A DNA stretch of 64,000 bases from Perkinsus chesapeaki ATCC PRA-425 (Eukaryota > Protista > Perkinsozoa): assembly GCA_013115145.1 (NCBI GenBank), contig JAAPAO010000103.1, positions 1 to 64,000 of the forward strand. Direction: 5' to 3'. Of the stretch, positions 21,308-36,000 are shown piece after piece; within the stretch, counting starts at the first letter, position 1, and every line of letters begins with the position of its first letter. Below the pieces are notes generated by a model, which saw only the letters and a list, made by a program, of their open reading frames with translations, was not told the DNA's origin and made no database searches. A program made the position numbers and the translations under genes.

Positions 21308-24173
21308 TCATGAACCCCTAAATAGTGATGAGGTAGTCGGGTAGGCAAAATGAACTCGCCTACGTGATGATGATGATTGTTGTCCATCATGACGTTGTTG
21401 TGGTTGTGGTTGTGGTTGTTGTGGTAAACGAGATGGATTGGTATGAAATCCACCTGACTTTGAGTTATCCACTTTAACTATTAATTGCGAGTTTATATCA
21501 GTTATATGTAATGTTTTTAATGCTCTACAACGTCTTTTAAGGACATCTGCTGATTCCTCTGATACACCACCACTACAACCTAATAGCTCTAATTGTTGAA
21601 CATACGTTAATATCCTTGATAACATATATATACCTTTATCAGTTAAACCTCTAAGACCATCTGTAACTATAAGCCTTCGAACTCTCTGTAATGCTTGAGC
21701 ATGTTCATCAAATATTAAAGGGAAGGGTAACTTCTTGTACGTATTATTATTATTCACTGTTTTATTATACCTCATCATCAAGGGATAAGAACATGATGGG
21801 CCGCCTGCTTCAGCTTCACTAGAGCTAGATGATACAAAATATACTTTTTTGGGTAATAATTTATTACCAGTATACCTCACAACAGTAGCATCACTATCAG
21901 ATAAACCAACACAATTACTTTCCCTTCTTAATGTACCATGAGCACTAACAGGACCATTAAAAGATGATGATGCTGATGCACTAGTAGTAGTGGTAGGATG
22001 ATAAAGTGGATAATGAAATGAGTAATGCGTGTTATATACCCCACCACCACCACCACTTTCGTCATCTTTACCCTGTTGTTGTTGATTACTATTACTATCT
22101 ACTACACTACTACCCCCTTTAAGTACTTGTTCAAGTAGGGGTACATCATTCGGCATATAACCACATAACCATTTTTGAAGAGCTAAATCATTTAATCCAG
22201 GGCATGCTCCACGAATCTCAATAGAATCAAGTGAACAACGATCAGATAATATTGTCTCAAGTGCAGTCTGACTCATACTATCAACTGTTATTGATATATT
22301 AGTTAAAGAAGGGAGGTTAGGTAAACCTAAACTACCCACCATTATATCTGATGCCTCCTTTTCATTAAATTGACTTAAATCTAGTGTCAATGACGTTAAG
22401 GATGTTGCACTCTCAGCTAGACTTTTAAAGGCTTCAACAATACCAACATGTATATCATCAAAATTATCTTCTTCATTCCTTGCATTAACCTCATTCATCT
22501 TATTGTCATCATTATCATCATCAGGTGGGGTAAGTACAATATCCAAATATTTAAGAGATGTAAGATGGTCTCGTATAACTAATAGTGTATCTTCTGTACC
22601 ACAACTCTTTAATCCTGCTAATTGAAGCCTTTCAATATTTGGATTAACCATAAGCACTTGACATAACTCTTTATCAGTTACAATATTCTGTGGTTTGCCA
22701 AAACATAGACAATTTGATATATTAAGTTCTTTGAGATTTCTCAAATATACCAATTTTTCAACACAGTATTTATCAACATGTAGACACCATTCAAGACTAA
22801 GAGATTCAAGCCCTTGAGGTAATCCAAGAAGGCCTTTCTCTGTTATCTTAGAGTTACCCAAATCCAATCTTTTCAGATTCGGACACCATTTACAAAGGGC
22901 TATAACTGATTGATCACCAAGTTGTGCACACCACTTAGATGTAAATGATATTAGATTAGGGCTTTTAGTTGCTAAACTAGCCACACCATCATCTGTTATC
23001 TGAAATAGTAGTAGTAATGGTAGTTATACACTATTATAAATACCTACCTTAGAGCATGCTCCTATCATAATATGTTCCAGTGGTAATAATGATAATTCAG
23101 GAGCAGTAAATGCATCATCACTAACAACAGTACCAGAACAATCAAGATAGGTTAAACCTCTCCCTAGGCAACGGGTTATCTAATAATAATAGTAGTAATG
23201 GCAGCATTATGGTAACATTCTCTAACTCTATTATTACGAGTACTAGTATATCTTACCAGTTTATCAAAGCATGGAGCTTTGGCACCTGTTTGACTGACAT
23301 CCAATTTAAGTAAAGTCTTCTTAGAAACATCAGTTACTCTTTGTAATGCAAATGCTGATAATTGTCCACAACCACCAACTGATAATTCTCGTAGCCTTGT
23401 TAAACCTATTTAGGAGTATGTCATAGTAGTAGTAGTAGTTGTTATTATTATTATTACCAAGCTGAGGTTGACCACCATCTGCTATAAATGCTGAATCACT
23501 TATTCTTACACAACCCTCTAAATTAAGAGATTGTAGATAACGGCATGATACAAGTATAGCTGATACCAAACGATTATTAACCTAATAACAACAATAACAC
23601 TAATATAAATAATAACAACAACTCACTTGTCGACAATTAGATAAATTGAGAACTCTTAGATTAGGGCATTCACGTGGTATATATGATAGAAGTGACCTAA
23701 TTATATTACCATATATTATAATACTAATTATATAATACTTTCTTAGATTATATGCTCCAGTTAAATTAAGAGTATATAAATCCTGTCCCATACATTGTAT
23801 AAGTACATTATCACTTATATAATTATAATGGACTGAATAACAACAATAAAGATAGGATACTTAAACAGCTGCTGCTGGTGGTGCTGCTGCTGGTGCTGCT
23901 GGTGGTGTTGTTGTTTATTATTACTACCTAATATCCCTAATGTCTCTCTTAATAATGATTTTGGTAATCTTCTTAATTCCTCATAAGCTGCACCTGTTCT
24001 TCTACCACCAGCACTCGGTAACATTATCCTTTCTGAAATATAATCCTGTAATAATACTGGTATAATGTAGATATTACCAGCAAGCTCAGATGCAGTTGGT
24101 ATAACAGTGGTAGTCGGTATATCAACTTGAGGAGCAGCAGCAGCAGGAGGAGGAGGAGTGATTGCATGAAAAT

Positions 24174-24212
<39 letters not shown>

Positions 24213-24331
24213 GCAATGATGATGATGATAGGTTATCATTTGCTACTCGTACATTATTAACTAATAATAATATTATTATAATAATTAAGGATAATACGTA
24301 TTGTTATATTACCTTGGAACTTATGATCCAT
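21308..24331 (-). CDS. Cysteine-containing LRR protein (FBXL-like), multi-exon
   Basis: Repeated LxxLxLxxC motifs (CPNLRVLNLSNC, LQSLNLEGCVRISD, CPNLKRLDLGNS). No clear F-box could be confirmed. Confidence 0.75.
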
Positions 24332-24486
24332 GTTAATAAATGATATACTACTCTACTACAATACTATATAGGTATTAAATGAGGGAAAACAAACAACAAC
24401 AACTTATAACAGTTAATAAAATAACATATAAATACAATAACAACAATTAATATAACAATGATAAAATAATATTATAACAACTATTA

Positions 24487-25766
24487 TTATGTTTTAACAG
24501 TATCACTACTAGCATCCCCTTTCCCTCCCTCTTGTTGTTGTTTTCCTGCCGCTAAGGCAAGTAAAGTGGTATAGATATCATTAAGAGTAGCATCAAGACA
24601 ATCACCTAGAATGATAATATTATTATTGCATATCTTATGGTTTATTACGGTTATAATGATCTTCAAGTTGTTCAAGTATTGTAGTTAACTCATTAAATTG
24701 TGATTTCCTATCTTCTAATGACATACCATCACACGGGTCCATATTATCATCACCCTTTTGTTGCCACCTTGGCTTCTTCTTACCATGTGATGCTGCTGTT
24801 GTTGTTGTAGCTTTTGTCTAAATAATAAATAATAAATAATAATAATACTTTAATAATAATATTTCTACCTCCGCGTGTTTCCTCTTTTCAGCTGATATTG
24901 TTGGGCTAAGTACCCTAAGTGCATCTCGTGGTGTATTCTGTTTAACCCCCATTGTTATCGTATATAATTTAGTAACCAAATCATTTAATGATGGTATAAC
25001 TAATTATAACAACATTATAATATTAAATATATTATTATGATTACCTTCGCTATCATCATCTTCAACATCATCTGTTTGACCCCAAAATTCAGCATGTAAT
25101 TTTTCAGCTTTTTTCCTCTGTTCTTCATTTTGATAAGTTGAATCCTTCTCACCTTTATCAACTGAATCTAACCATGCATCCAAGTTCTCAGCTTGTTCTT
25201 CACGACTTTGTACCTATTAACAACAACAACATATTAAACAATAATATTGATCAAGTGATCATATCAGATGATGATTAGCATATTAGCATATTACATAAAA
25301 TCCAGATTCATCAAAATGTCCCTCTTCATTTTCCCTTCTCATATTAAATGGTTCTAATACAATACCATCATCAACAGCCATTTCTGGATCATCACTATCA
25401 ATACCTATAAATAACAATTATTAATAATATATCTACAACAATATTACCCTCATTTTCAGGTATATTATCTTTGCTATTATCATTAGGGTCTTCTCCCATT
25501 CTAATAGCTCTTCGTTTAGCTCTAGCCATTTCAGCATCACCTTTATCTTCACCACGACCATCCTTCCTCTATTATTAATATTATATTATTTAAATATTAT
25601 CATTTATTATAACCTTAACACCCCCTCCTCCTTGTTGCTGCCTTATTGCTTTCTTCAACCATTCTGGATTAGCTGTTTTATTATCATCTTCTTTTATCTC
25701 ATCATCTGAATCATCTGAGAATTGTTGTGACTCTATATCACGACGCCTTCGAGTATTATGTGACAT
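24487..25766 (-). CDS. CD2BP2/Lin1 (U5-52K)-like protein, multi-exon
   Basis: Conserved block LEPFNMRRENEEGHFDESGFY followed by DAWLDSVD. Confidence 0.7.
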
Positions 25767-25967
25767 TATCTATAATGGTACTAGTACATTAGAAACAGCA
25801 GCACCAACAACAGCAACAACAATACTATTAACACAAGACAGAGTTATAATAATATGGACAATAAGAATATGTGACAAATGGTGGTAAATATAACATATGT
25901 ACATATAAGTGATGATGGTGAGGAAGATGACAAACGATACTACGACATAGGAACTATAATGATGTTA

Positions 25968-27601
25968 TTAAGCATTAGGAATATAGTCAATACTATAAAA
26001 CCATTTTGATAGAGGAAGAGGAACTCTTATTCTTCGATTCATTTAATGGTGGTATCTGTAAAGATAGTTCATACTGTACTATAACACCATCGTTATTACA
26101 TATTTCATTTCCTCTGGCATATCCTCCTCTATCCTTTTCCTTATATACATATAAAATGCATTATTAGGATCTCTCATCCTTTCTTGATAACATGGTTTTT
26201 TAACTATCTCTACTGCTGATCGTACCTTTATAATTATTAATTGCAGCTTGCCGGGATCGAGCCTGGGTCGTTCGAATGAAAGACTACCTTTTCGAGCATA
26301 ATAAAACAGAATGATCTTGCTACCAAATCAATAAGCCAATCAGGTACATATGATAAATGAGGATCTAGATGTAATATACATTGCATAAACCTATATCATT
26401 ATATTATATATCATCATTATTAACCCTTATTATTATTACGTTCTACCATTCCCTATTGGTGTTAATGTTAAACCACTATTATTGATAATATCACATGGCA
26501 CAGAGCCTTTATCACATTGTGGTATATCATTTGATGATGCATATGGTTCATATGATGATCCAACCTAATAATAACAACCTATACTGCTGCTACTGCTGCT
26601 GCCACTCATCATCATTTATTACTTCTGTCTTTAGTAATATAACTATTTGTCGTGGATTATCATGTGACCCCATACAATCAATACCATCTAATAATAATAA
26701 TATGTACACGTACATTATCAATGTATATATAACATGGCTTACCAACTGAGAATACTGCCTCTCTATTCTGAAATGGCCATGGAATATTAGCTTTAATATG
26801 TACTAACATTTGAGTTGGTGTCGGATTTACTATCTAATTATTAATACTGTATTTACTGTATATATTATAATATTACCACCTTATTAGCTTGAGCTAAACC
26901 TAGTAGCTTAAAGGTTGGTAACCATTGAGTATAAAAGCCAACTTCATTAAGTAATGCTAATAGATCAAACATAGGTGAATCTATAGTACCCTCAACTCTT
27001 AAAGAATGTACCTTACTATTATATTATTATACATTCATATCAATTATTATTATTACATTAGGTGATTCATTATTATGTTGATAAAGTGTTCTTATTCCAT
27101 TGGCATCTCTTTGTAATACCCATCCATTATCATTACTTAATTCATCTATATATAATATAATATATATTAAAGCTACGTGCTATTATTATATACATTATCA
27201 TTACATCTTATATCCTTCATCCTTTTACTACGTATCCTAGTCCTATTTATTATACCTTTATTATCTTTATATTCATCTATTATCTCTTCAGGTATATTAC
27301 CATTACTAACAACCTCTACATGAGTTAATCTCCTACCTATAACCGTATAACCGTATAATATTGCATTATTATTACTACTACTACCTGCTCTAGCTATTCT
27401 ATCATATTTAATATCATCAAGTAAACTATTAAACTCTATTCTTATATCATTAGTAAATTCATCATCATCATATTCATCATCAGTTACACTGCTCCTTGCT
27501 GTTGTATAACTAACTTCAGATGGTATAGAAGGACACGATGATGATGATGATGATGTTGAACGTGTATCATCATCATCTATTGGAGTGGTGATGAATCCCA
27601 T
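25968..27601 (-). CDS. START/SRPBCC-like domain protein, paralog C
   Basis: Exons encode LRVEGTIDSPMFDLLALLNEVGFYTQW..IPWPFQNRE; paralogous to the two upstream genes. Confidence 0.65.
26242..26284 (-). pseudogene. Degenerate tRNA 3'-half-like fragment within an intron
   Basis: Minus strand reads GT-CTTTCAT-TCGAA-CGAC-CCAGG-CTCGAT-CCCGG-CAAGCTGC-A, resembling anticodon loop, variable loop, T-arm (B-box-like) and acceptor 3' strand. No 5' half is present. Confidence 0.5.
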
Positions 27602-27753
27602 GACTTCAACAACTAGATAATACCAAAGTACATAATATGAGCTTCATCAACAAAACATAATATTATTAAAACAACACTAAATACTACTAGAAACGAAATG
27701 GGTCATAAGACGCCAACACGCGATGATGATAATGATGAATGGGATTTAACTTG

Positions 27754-29216
27754 TTAACTATCCCTTATAGAAGTATCCAATGGAGGTACCTAAACAATGT
27801 ACACATTAACATTCAATCTACCTGCAACCCTCCTACTACTATTATTACATATTTCATTTCCTCTGGCATATCCTCCTCTATCCTTTTCCTTGTATACATA
27901 TAAAATGCATTATTAGGATCTCTCATTCGTTCTTGATAACATGGTTTTTTAACTATCTCTACTGCTGATCGTACCTTTATAATTATTACATTAATTGGTA
28001 GTATTATTATTACTACCTGTTGTAATAATAAATAACAGAAGTTACGTGCTGCTATATCAATTAACCATTCTGGTACTAATGAAATATGAGGATCTATATG
28101 TAAAACAACTTGCATAAATCTATATAACATATATTAGATATATAATTAATAATAATATTATTACGTCATTCCATTCCCCAATGGTGTTAATGTTGCACCA
28201 CTATTATCATTTATATTACATGTAGTAGACCTTTTACTTTTAATAGGCATATCCAATTCTGATACATATGGCTCATAGGATGATCCAGACTAATAATAAT
28301 AATATTAATAACATAATAATAATAAACATATTATACAAACTACTACCTCTGACTTTAATAAAATTACTATTTGACGTGGATTCTCATATGGTCCAATACA
28401 ATCTATACCATCTACTAATTAGTATATCCTTATTATATAGTATATATTATTACCAACAGATATAACTAAATCCCTATTATTAAATGGCCATGGTAATGCT
28501 GCTACTATATGAAATAACATTTGTGTTGCTTTTGGTTGAGCTACTCTTTTAGATTGTATAATACCAAGATATTTATAACTAGGTATCCAATTAGTATAGA
28601 AATCAACTTCACTTAATAGTGCCATTAGATCATATAATGGACATTCTATATTACCTTCTATACGAAGTGAATGTACCTTATATAATACTCTATATAGGAT
28701 AATGATAATAATAATATTACATTAGGTGAATCATTATTATGTCTATAATATGTTTTTATACCATTATTATCCCTCTGTAATTTCCATTCATTATCATTAT
28801 TAAGTGTATCTATATAATACCTAGTATATATGATAATGCAAACCACCACCTCTAACATTTTGCATACGATTAGCTCTCTTTTCCATTAACTTTATTAATT
28901 CATAATTATTATTCCATTTATTTAATATATCACTAGGCATATCGTTTACACTACATAGATTTCTTATATGTTTTAATCTACGACCTAATACAATATTAAC
29001 ATTATAATATCTTTATACCCTACTATTACTACCAGCTTTAGCCACTTTATCTTCTTCTATATCTTTTAATAATTTATCCACTTCCATATATATATCATGA
29101 CTAAATTCATCGATATCGGTTATATTGCTCCATGCTGTTGTATAACTACTACTTTCTGATACTGTATCTGATGATGATGATACTGATGTTGGATATGGTT
29201 GGTAATATAAAACCAT
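27754..29216 (-). CDS. START/SRPBCC-like domain protein, paralog B
   Basis: WKLQRDNNGIKTYYRH; ALLSEVDFYTNWIPSYKYLG..ALPWPFNNRD; ends VPPLDTSIRDS*. Confidence 0.65.
27851..27987. repeat. About 135-bp tract near-identical among the three START-like paralogs (also ~26102-26238 and ~29456-29589)
   Basis: 2-3 mismatches between pairs by eye; identity extends into the 3' end of the preceding intron. Confidence 0.88.
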
Positions 29217-29357
29217 AATGAAACCTGATATCAAGGACTTGATATTTATAATGTATATAACACAACAATAAGTTGAATGACAGTAATGCCTCCTCTGAAC
29301 CAAACACGATAACACGAAAAACAGCCTTGGTAATAATAAGAGTATACTACTAAGTAC

Positions 29358-30810
29358 TTATATACATTTCCAACCATCAGCTGGTGGCACCTAAACCCAT
29401 GACACCACAAAATCACTATAGAAACTCAAGATGACAATGATATTATTACATATATCATTTCCTCTGGCATATCCTCCTCTATCCTTTTCCTTATATACAT
29501 ATAAAATGCATTATTAGGATCTCTCATTCGTTCTTGATAACATGGTTTTTTAACTATCTCTACCGCTGATCGTACCTTTATAATTATTACTAATAATATT
29601 AATATATAATAATAACCAACCTTAGCTAGTATCATATAACACATATTCCTTACTACTAAATCTAATAACCATGCTGGTATATATGATATATGAGGATCTA
29701 AATGCTCAACTATTTGAACATATCTAACAACAATATCATTAATAATATTATCAACTTATCGACACATGTATTACGTTTTTCCATTATCATAAGGGGTACA
29801 CACTATACCACTTGGTTCCAATATATCACATACTACTGCACCTTTATCAGGTAATGGCATATCATCAGCTTTAACTAATGGCTCATATGAATTACCAGAC
29901 TAATAATAATAAATTATTATAAACAACAACAATAAATAAGAGTAATACTAACTTCTGATTTTAATAATATAATTAATTGTCTAGGATCCTCCTCTTTACC
30001 AATACAATCTATGGCATCTACAATATAATAATGTATATCATTATATCATTATTAGTTATTATTATTATTACCAACTGAAAATAAACAATCTCTATTAGCT
30101 ATTGGCCATGGTACAGATACTTTTAAATGATTCAACATTTGTGTAGCTCTAGGATTAACAACCTATTAATACTTATTGTATATATGATTAACAGGGACCT
30201 TTAACTACCTTTTCTGCCATAGTTAAACCTAAATATTTATAACTAGGTATCCATTGTGGATAATATTCAACTTCATTTAATAAGGCTAATAAATCAAATA
30301 CTGGACAATCAACCATACCTTCAATTCGAAGACAATGTATCTATTTAATATTATAATTAATAATATATATATAACATTACATGTGGTGTTAATGGATCAT
30401 GTTTATACATAGTTTTAATGCCATTTGAATCTCTTTGTAATTCCCAACCATCTGTATTACTTAACGCACCTATGTCATCATCATCATAATATTATAAGAT
30501 ATAAACCTTAATATTACCTCTAACCATTTCCATTTTATCTAGACGTTTTTTAGCATTACTAATACTTTCAGAGTGTTCTATGAATCTATCTAGTAATGCT
30601 TTATCCCATTTATTCTTATAAGATTCCAAATAGGTTAATCTACGGCCTACTGATCAATAACCTACTACTACTCATTTTACTATTACCAACTTTTCCTATT
30701 TTATCCATTTCAATATCATTTATCATCTTATCAAACTCTAACATGAGGTCATCATCATCATTGTCACTAGCCGTAGTTGCCGGCGATATCCATTTATTAT
30801 CATATGCCAT
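29358..30810 (-). CDS. START/SRPBCC-like domain protein, paralog A
   Basis: WELQRDSNGIKTMYKH; CLRIEGMVDCPVFDLLALLNEVEYYPQWIPSYKYLG; ends VPPADGWKCI*. Confidence 0.65.
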
Positions 30811-30942
30811 AACGCAACTGGAGAACAACAACAACAAGGAAGAGGTAGTGATTTTTTAAAATGTAAAACATGAAACGCTTCGCTCCGCTGTTCGATGCGA
30901 CTTTTTGTCTATGTTGAAGTTGCTTGTTTGAGTTTTACTAGT
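30811..30942. promoter_or_regulatory. Short divergent intergenic region, candidate bidirectional promoter
   Basis: 132 bp between opposed ATGs, with a CpG-containing patch (acgcttcgctccgctgttcgatgcga) in an otherwise very AT-rich context. Confidence 0.45.
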
Positions 30943-32933
30943 ATGACAGATTCATCAACATCGCCATCAGTTAGGATGCCACCTGGATATGGTAATCCTG
31001 GACGTGCTGGTGGGTTTAATAATGTAATAATAGTTATATATTATATAGTATATTATTAAATTAGATGGGGGATCCAAGTGAAGCAAGTAGACTTCTAGAT
31101 GGATGTCATCAAATAATGGTTGCTATGTCTAGTCCTGCTATATTTGAAAATTCAAAAGAGAAAGCATTTCAAGTAATAGCTAGAGGTGTCAGAATACATA
31201 TTATTAATACCGTTAGACATTTCGTAGAGGTTGCCTTGATTTAAAAAAGGATATTTCGGCAACCGAAGGGCTTGAAAGTGACAAAATTGATGGTAATAGA
31301 TAATATATAAATAATAGTATAATAATATATTAATATTAGATTGGATGATTGAGAATTGTTGGTTATTCTTATTTGAATTAGCAAAGTCTAGATTACGAAG
31401 GAAACATATATTAGAATGTATGGAAATATTATGTACCAGTGATAGATGGAAAAAGGTAATAATATTTAATATAGGATAAGTATAGTGATTATGATAATTA
31501 TGATGATAGATGTTGGATGATAATGATAGAATAAGGGATAAACTAGGAGAATTAGATGATTCATTTATACAAACTGTTGTATCTGAATTTCATGTTAAGC
31601 CATTACCACCAAAACCACAACCACAACCTAAAACTAAATGTAATAATAATAAAAGGAGGCAGCATATAATACTTATTATTAATATCAGCAAATATAAGAC
31701 GTGGTAATCGTAATAATAAATGGGAAACTGGATCAGCAGTTGCTACTGGTAATAATAACCATTGATATTAACCATTAACAAGAACAAGAAGAAGAAGTGT
31801 GCTGCTGCTTCTTTTTCTGTAGTGAGTAAACCTATACTACCATCTACACCCGTATTAACAACATCATCATTAAATCGTGCTAGAAGTGCAAGTTTAGGCT
31901 CACTCAATGTAATACTAATATTTATCATGAACTTTATTAATATTATGTTAGATTGATAATAATAATGATGGGGCGAAAGTTGGTAATGAGGCTGCTGCTG
32001 CTGCTGTTGGTACTATTACAGGTAATGATATACTATATTAAATATAAATAATAGATATATTATAGATGGAGTAGTAGCAGGTAATGGTGGTGATACTCAA
32101 TCATCACATGGTTCATGGTCAATAGAAGAAGTAGATGATGATGATGATGATGCTTTACTCAATAATAATCATCATCAAGGAGGTAGTACTATATTTATAT
32201 TATAAATAATAATAGGCATTAGGACATAATACAGAACAGCTGCAACCTGCAACAGTAGGAAATACTCAACTACCTAAACAAAATAAACAACAAGCTAGTT
32301 TAAATAAGAAAACATCAGTTATTATAATAGATAAATCAAGGACTCGTAGTGGTACATGTTCATCAAAGCATAGTATGATACCTGATGATAATGATGATGA
32401 TTTATCACCTGCAGCAGCAGTGTCTAGTGGGATAGCAAGTCCTAGTGCGGTAGTAGCTAATAGTATTGTTGATACTAATCCATTCCGCAACCCTAAACTA
32501 TTTGAAGATGATAATAATATAACAGATGAAGATGATAATATTAGTATTGATGAATGGTGGAATACACCACCACCACCATCAACAACAGACCCTGCTGCTC
32601 CACAACAACCAGCAGCAGCACCAACAACAGCAGGAGGAGCAGGAGCAGGAGCAGGAGGCAGATGTACAGTATTAAAGGGTAATATAATAATAGGGTGGTT
32701 TTATGATATTATAATAGATAATAATACAGTGGAGATAGAGGCATTACAAAAACAACAAGAAATGATACTTAAGCAGCAACAAGAGTTAATGAAGGCTATA
32801 CAGTTATTAAGTATGAATGAAGGAGGGGAGATAACAGGACCAGGACGTGGATTAGAGGGTAATTATGGATACAGGGTAATAATAATATTGATATTGATTG
32901 GTATTAATTATAATGTATTTTCAGATGTATTAA
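30943..32933 (+). CDS. Hypothetical protein, multi-exon
   Basis: Continuous spliced frame MTDSSTSPSVRMPPGYG..MGDPSEASRLLDGCHQ..DWMIENCWLFLFELAKSR.., with a low-complexity C-terminal half. Family not recognised. Confidence 0.65.
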
Positions 32934-33060
32934 TAATAATGAGGTTTCTTATTCATTATGTTACTGTTATTATTGAATACTAACATTACAACATTACTAC
33001 TTTTTACAATACTCATTATTGTTGATTTTATTAGTAAATAATATATTACAGTTATTAATC

Positions 33061-36000
33061 ATGTCTAACAAGAATCATATTACTACTACAACTACTACAT
33101 TATCAAATTTATCATCACCTGCTCATCATCATAATCATCATGAGCCATTTATATCATCATCTGCATGTATACGTGCTGAAAGATTATACCGTATAATATG
33201 TAGAAGGCTCGGTCATAGCGTGGATGGTGATGTTGATGAGGCTATAGCTAGGGATCTTAGATTTAATGGTGCACTAGTTGTTGATTTGGATTTATCTAAA
33301 AAAGAGATATTAAATTCTATAATTGGCTTATTAAAAGAAGCACCTACTATATATCAATTATTATTATATTCTGGTACATACTTTTTTGGTAATCAACCAG
33401 CTTATAAAGATCAAGTTAAAAGTTTAAGAAGAAGGTTAAAGTAATAATAAAGGGTTATGGGTTATAAAATAGTAAGATAAGGGTTGTTATTATTAGATAT
33501 AATATACTTACTGAAACCGATTTAATAAGACAATTAATACAATCAGTATCAATATATCTACAATCAAGTATACTTAATAATAATGTATTAGTAATTGATT
33601 TAACTGGTGTACCATTAAAACCTATAACATCATCTACCAATAATACATTATCATCTAATAATAGTATGGGACATTTAACAGGGACACTCCGTACAACATT
33701 ATGGAAGAGTAGTGGTCCATTAGAAGATTTATTACATGCATTAAAGTCATGTAAAAAATTACAAAGATTATCATTGGCTAATTGCCAGTTATCTGATAAA
33801 GGTTTACAACTATTAGCACCAATAATAGGCAAAGATCTACCTAAACTTGATACATTATGTATAGCTAAGAATAGATTAATAAGGCCAGCTAGAGCATTAA
33901 GAAGAATGTTTAATTTAAGAGAAGTTAGTATATCGAATAATAAGGCAACAAGAGCATTAATATTATTGGATATAGGGAGGAATCCACTTGGATGTGGTGA
34001 ATATAATGATTATAATAGACTACAATTAACACTTATGGAATGGTGTGGGTTAATGGATAATAATAATAATAATCATCATCATGGCTTGGAGATACTTAAG
34101 ATAAATGGATGTAGATTGGAGAGGATTGATATTATTATACAATCTTTGAAAAATATATTAATAAAAGGAAAAGATAAAGAGAATAGTAATAGAGTAGTAT
34201 TGTTATTACTATAGTCTATATTATTATTAGGTAATACTTGTTATACATTACCGCGTATAAAGGAAATTAATATTAATAATAATCCATCATTGACTGATGT
34301 ATTCAAAGATATTATAATAATAATACTACTACCAGTACAGTTTGTTATTATTATTAGGGTACTCAAACTGAACTCGATAAATTATTATCTGATATATCAC
34401 AATTACGAGGAGGAGGGGATTTGGATATCAATAATAATGATAAGTACTATTAGTATTACTATCTACGGTTCACTATTATATTCTATATTATTATTAGCAT
34501 GCCCTCTTCCTCATCCTCTTCATCATCATCAACATCATATAGGGGGGTATATGATAATATAAGCACACCTACTCATAATAAAGTATGGTATATACCATTA
34601 ACAACTAGATCATTAGATAATACTTATCATCGTATACAGTATAATAAGGAAAAAGAAGACGAAGAAGAAGAGTAATAGTATTATAACAACATTATTAATA
34701 ATAACTTATTATTAGATATCATTGTATTATAAGAGATGCAATAAGTGAAGGATATAGTGATAATAATGATGAAGATGAAGATGGTGGTGATGGTAATTCA
34801 AGGGAATTGTTTAAATATAAATATAATGAATATCTTAATAATATTAAACGTCTTATGGATATAAAGTAGTGGTAGGGGTATTATCAATTATTATATAATT
34901 ATTCCTAGATATCCACATATTAATAATAATACAGATAATGATGATGATTATACAAATAATAATAATAATAATAGTAGGCCAGTAGTACTTGAGGATGAGA
35001 GGATAGTATCATCATCATTACATTACCGTAACAGCTATAATGATATAATGAACTCAAGCTTTGGGTATAATAATAATAATGAATTGATTAATAAGAATAA
35101 TAATGATATGCTTCATGGTCTTGGTCATGGTGGTGAGGGTGGTGAGGGTGAGGGTTGTTTATTTACTCCGAGAGAAGGTAGTAATAATAATAAAACAAAG
35201 AATGGAGAACATGGAGATGATGATGATGATTTGGTAATGTGGTTACCAAAAGGTGCATTATTATTATAATTCGCTCAATAATGTATATATGTTATTAGTT
35301 ATCATTATGCATATTAATAATAATGTTAGTTCTATAATATCATCAATGACATTATCATCATCACCACCACCATCACGGGGATTGGATATTATTATAAATG
35401 ATGATATATTATCAGTTGATAATAACAATTGTCATTTTATTACCCCAAAGAACACTAATAACAACAACAACGACAACAACAACAACAACAACAACAACAG
35501 TGCTTCAAGAATAATACATCCTAATTCCAATACATCCCATAACACCACCATCATCACTGATAGCAGTTGTTGTAGTTGTTGCTCCCCTATCCCTACTACT
35601 ACTAAGAATAGGAGGCATATGTCATCATCATCATCATGTTCTTCTTCACCATCAACTATATGGCCATGGAAGGTAGTAGTATTAGATACTGTTATGTAGT
35701 ATGAATATTATGATATATTATTAGACGGGATTAGCATTTCATAATAATACATCATTATTACGCTCATCCCCTACTCCATCACCATCATCGATAGGACATA
35801 ACTTGAAGGAGGCTGATGATGAGTATTGTACAAGTACACCAACCTCATCATCATCACCATCATCATCATCATTACTACCTTCACCTCATACCAAGCTATT
35901 ATTAAAGAATGCTACTGATAGAGTAATAATATAACAGCAGCAGCACCATCATCAAACACTAGTATTATTAGATAACAAATGATTATATGATATTATTAAA

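Noticed and set aside
32470-32490. Single NPF motif (DTNPFRNP) in the hypothetical protein as a ligand for the EH-domain protein in the window
   Set aside because: One tripeptide is expected by chance and there is no other supporting evidence.
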